Below are positions 63,280-64,000 of a stretch of 64,000 bases of DNA, piece after piece. The DNA comes from Ranitomeya imitator (Eukaryota). The translations under genes and the position numbers were made by a program. The notes under the pieces were generated by a model that was given only the letters and a program-made list of their open reading frames with translations, did no database searches and was not told the origin of the DNA. Where the stretch lies: positions 739,660,001 to 739,724,000 of the forward strand of contig NC_091283.1 in the NCBI RefSeq assembly GCF_032444005.1, given 5' to 3'. Each line of letters begins with the position of its first letter. The first letter of the stretch is position 1.

Positions 63280-64000
63280 GTTGCAGGACAGGAAGCGGCC
63301 ACAGAAACTTTGCCCTTCCAAGACCTGCCAAGAGGACCAATAGAATGCGCTGCAGAGTCTGAGCACATGACCCTCGATCTCCAACGGGAGATCTTGCCCT
63401 GGGCATGCTCAGTGTGCGCAGACAAGGACTTAGTCCCAGAGAAGTCCACTCGCTGCTGACCAGTATAGGCTTTACAGGCAGAAGCTGGAGAAGCAGCAGT
63501 AGCTCTTCTCACAGAGTCAGACTGAGCGAGACGCTGGGATCGACGTCCTTGCTGAGCAGGCTCCACTGCGGCTGGAGGAGAATGGGAGACCGCAGCGAAG
63601 ACGGATCAAGATTCCCCCTGTGCAGCAGAGGAAACTCGACTCCTAACACATGGTACTTCTTTTTTACCGCGGCTTTTTTCGCGATTTTCCGCAATGTGGG
63701 CACAGCAGTTCCTGTTTTCCATAGGGTACATTGTAATGTACCCTGCATGGAAAACAGCTGCGGACCCGCAGCGGGAAAATCGCGGCGATTCCGCATTAAA
63801 AAAAGGATGGTGGGAACATGGCCTTAACGTTTAGGCTAATCTCTGGAATAAAGTACTTTGTGGAGAACCCAGCAAATACTTAGTTAAAGTGGCATTATTT
63901 TCTCTTTAGCTAAATGATTGCATGCCTGTATGCAGGCTCAGAATAAACTTAATAATGGATTGAGATAAAAAGAAAAGTGTCAGTTACACATTTAGTTTCC

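Larger units (their letters stand above)
58146..63648 (-). mobile_element. Chromodomain Gypsy LTR retrotransposon (Tf1/sushi-like), near full length
   Basis: 5' LTR 63648-62688 (961 bp), 3' LTR 58511-58146 (366 bp), 5-bp TSD CATGG (58141-58145 and 63649-63653), PPT at 58525-58515, and a single gag-pol frame. Confidence 0.96.

Overview
Eukaryotic, repeat-saturated sequence with two N gaps. The TE repertoire (TTAA-flanked CCCC/AGG elements, TWA-flanked GGCT/GGCC MITEs, Tc1/Tc2, tRNA-head SINE, Helitron, Penelope) points to an anuran amphibian; this is an inference. I recognised no host protein-coding gene, so this is probably intergenic DNA or a large intron. Two long, near-intact retroelements dominate. 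(1) A tyrosine-recombinase retrotransposon of Ngaro type at 13613-19143 (+), with split direct repeats A1-ORFs-B1-A2-B2, encoding Gag, RT/RNase H, YR and an SGNH hydrolase. Its YR and hydrolase frames have no usable ATG. Each opens just after a branch point, pyrimidine tract and AG acceptor, and both are in phase with one strong donor inside gag (14482/14483). This predicts an alternative-splicing programme that fuses a shared Gag leader to YR or hydrolase, and possibly to RT. The RNase H looks catalytically eroded while the hydrolase triad is intact. (2) A chromodomain Gypsy element of the Tf1/sushi type at 58146-63648 (-), with an uninterrupted 1458-codon gag-pol frame, an 11-nt self-priming signal that covaries in a sister copy at 46801-48138, and a 595-bp deletion in its 3' LTR. 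Also present: a SCAN-like Gypsy remnant, Penelope hammerhead ribozyme motifs, and piggyBac-like elements carrying satellite and telomeric repeats. All coordinates and alignments were done by eye.
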